Part shown: piece by piece, positions 62,937 through 64,000 of the stretch
Layout: each line of letters starts with the position of its first letter
How positions within the stretch are numbered: position 1 is the first letter of the stretch
Source: Octopus bimaculoides
Lineage: Eukaryota
DNA length: 64,000 nt
Reading direction: 5' to 3'
NCBI RefSeq assembly: GCF_001194135.2
Contig: NC_068987.1
Coordinates: 12,704,741 to 12,768,740 of the forward strand
Notes under the pieces: generated by a model
The model's input: only the letters and a program-made list of their open reading frames with translations
What the model was told of the DNA's origin: nothing
The model's database searches: none
Program-made: the position numbers and the translations under genes

Positions 62937-63553
62937 AAACATATTTTGCGATTCATGCTGATAATTGTCTTCACAGTGCATTCCTTTCGAAAAGGCATAA
63001 ATATCAATACAACTAATTAATTTGCAATTAGATAACACACGTTAGTATGATAGCTAAGTAAAAGACTAAGATAGTTGGTACATAATAAATTTATTTCAAC
63101 AATGTGTAAAAAGTTATACAGTTTTACAGCAATTGTCTTTATTCATTTATTTATTTATTTATTTATATATTTATTTATTTATTTATTTCAAACCTCTTTA
63201 CAAGAAACTGCTGAGAGCTGTACCACCACCAGTTTCTCGGTATTTTTCTCTTTTGCTTTTCTTTCTGTAAAATGCATCAATTTTTTCCACTATACAATTG
63301 TAGACAGATTGCAAGGTTGTGTGCGGATTCACTGACCAATATTATCTCCAGGTCATTCTGCCAAGTCTTCCTCATTCCAAAGCTAAAGCTAAATACACTG
63401 GAATATCAAATTACTGTGTCTACTTTTTTGGAATTCCAGTCAACAGAAAAGATAAACCGAAAACTTCTTAAATGCTTATTATCTAAGCCTGAAAAACAAA
63501 CGCCTTTCAACGAGCGCGTTGTCTTTACGTACGTTTAAAACAATGTTTTACTT

Positions 63554-64000
<447 letters not shown>

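Overview
AT-rich, microsatellite-dense eukaryotic DNA with about 15 N-gaps. The SINE families and the microsatellite load point to an Octopus (cephalopod) draft genome; this is inference from recognised repeat types. I can support no intact protein-coding gene. Almost all ORFs in the supplied track are microsatellite, N-gap or SINE translations. The window is a mosaic of four tRNA-derived SINE families (Meta-core-like, CORE-like, V-like, and a tRNA-Arg-like family), hAT and Tc1/mariner MITEs, two decayed restriction-like-endonuclease (RLE) LINE 3' ends, and a probable Penelope GIY-YIG remnant. The most notable signal is a hammerhead-ribozyme core with its three strands in a non-circularly permuted order: substrate strand GCG-UH, then GAAA strand, then CUGANGA strand. 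It occurs three times. Two copies are in a microsatellite-tailed non-autonomous repeat (21470-21528 minus, 25984-26043 plus), and one is at the 3' end of a Hero/NeSL-like LINE (29785-29838 minus). Stem I pairing is kept despite sequence changes. All alignments and pairings were done by eye, and element boundaries are approximate.
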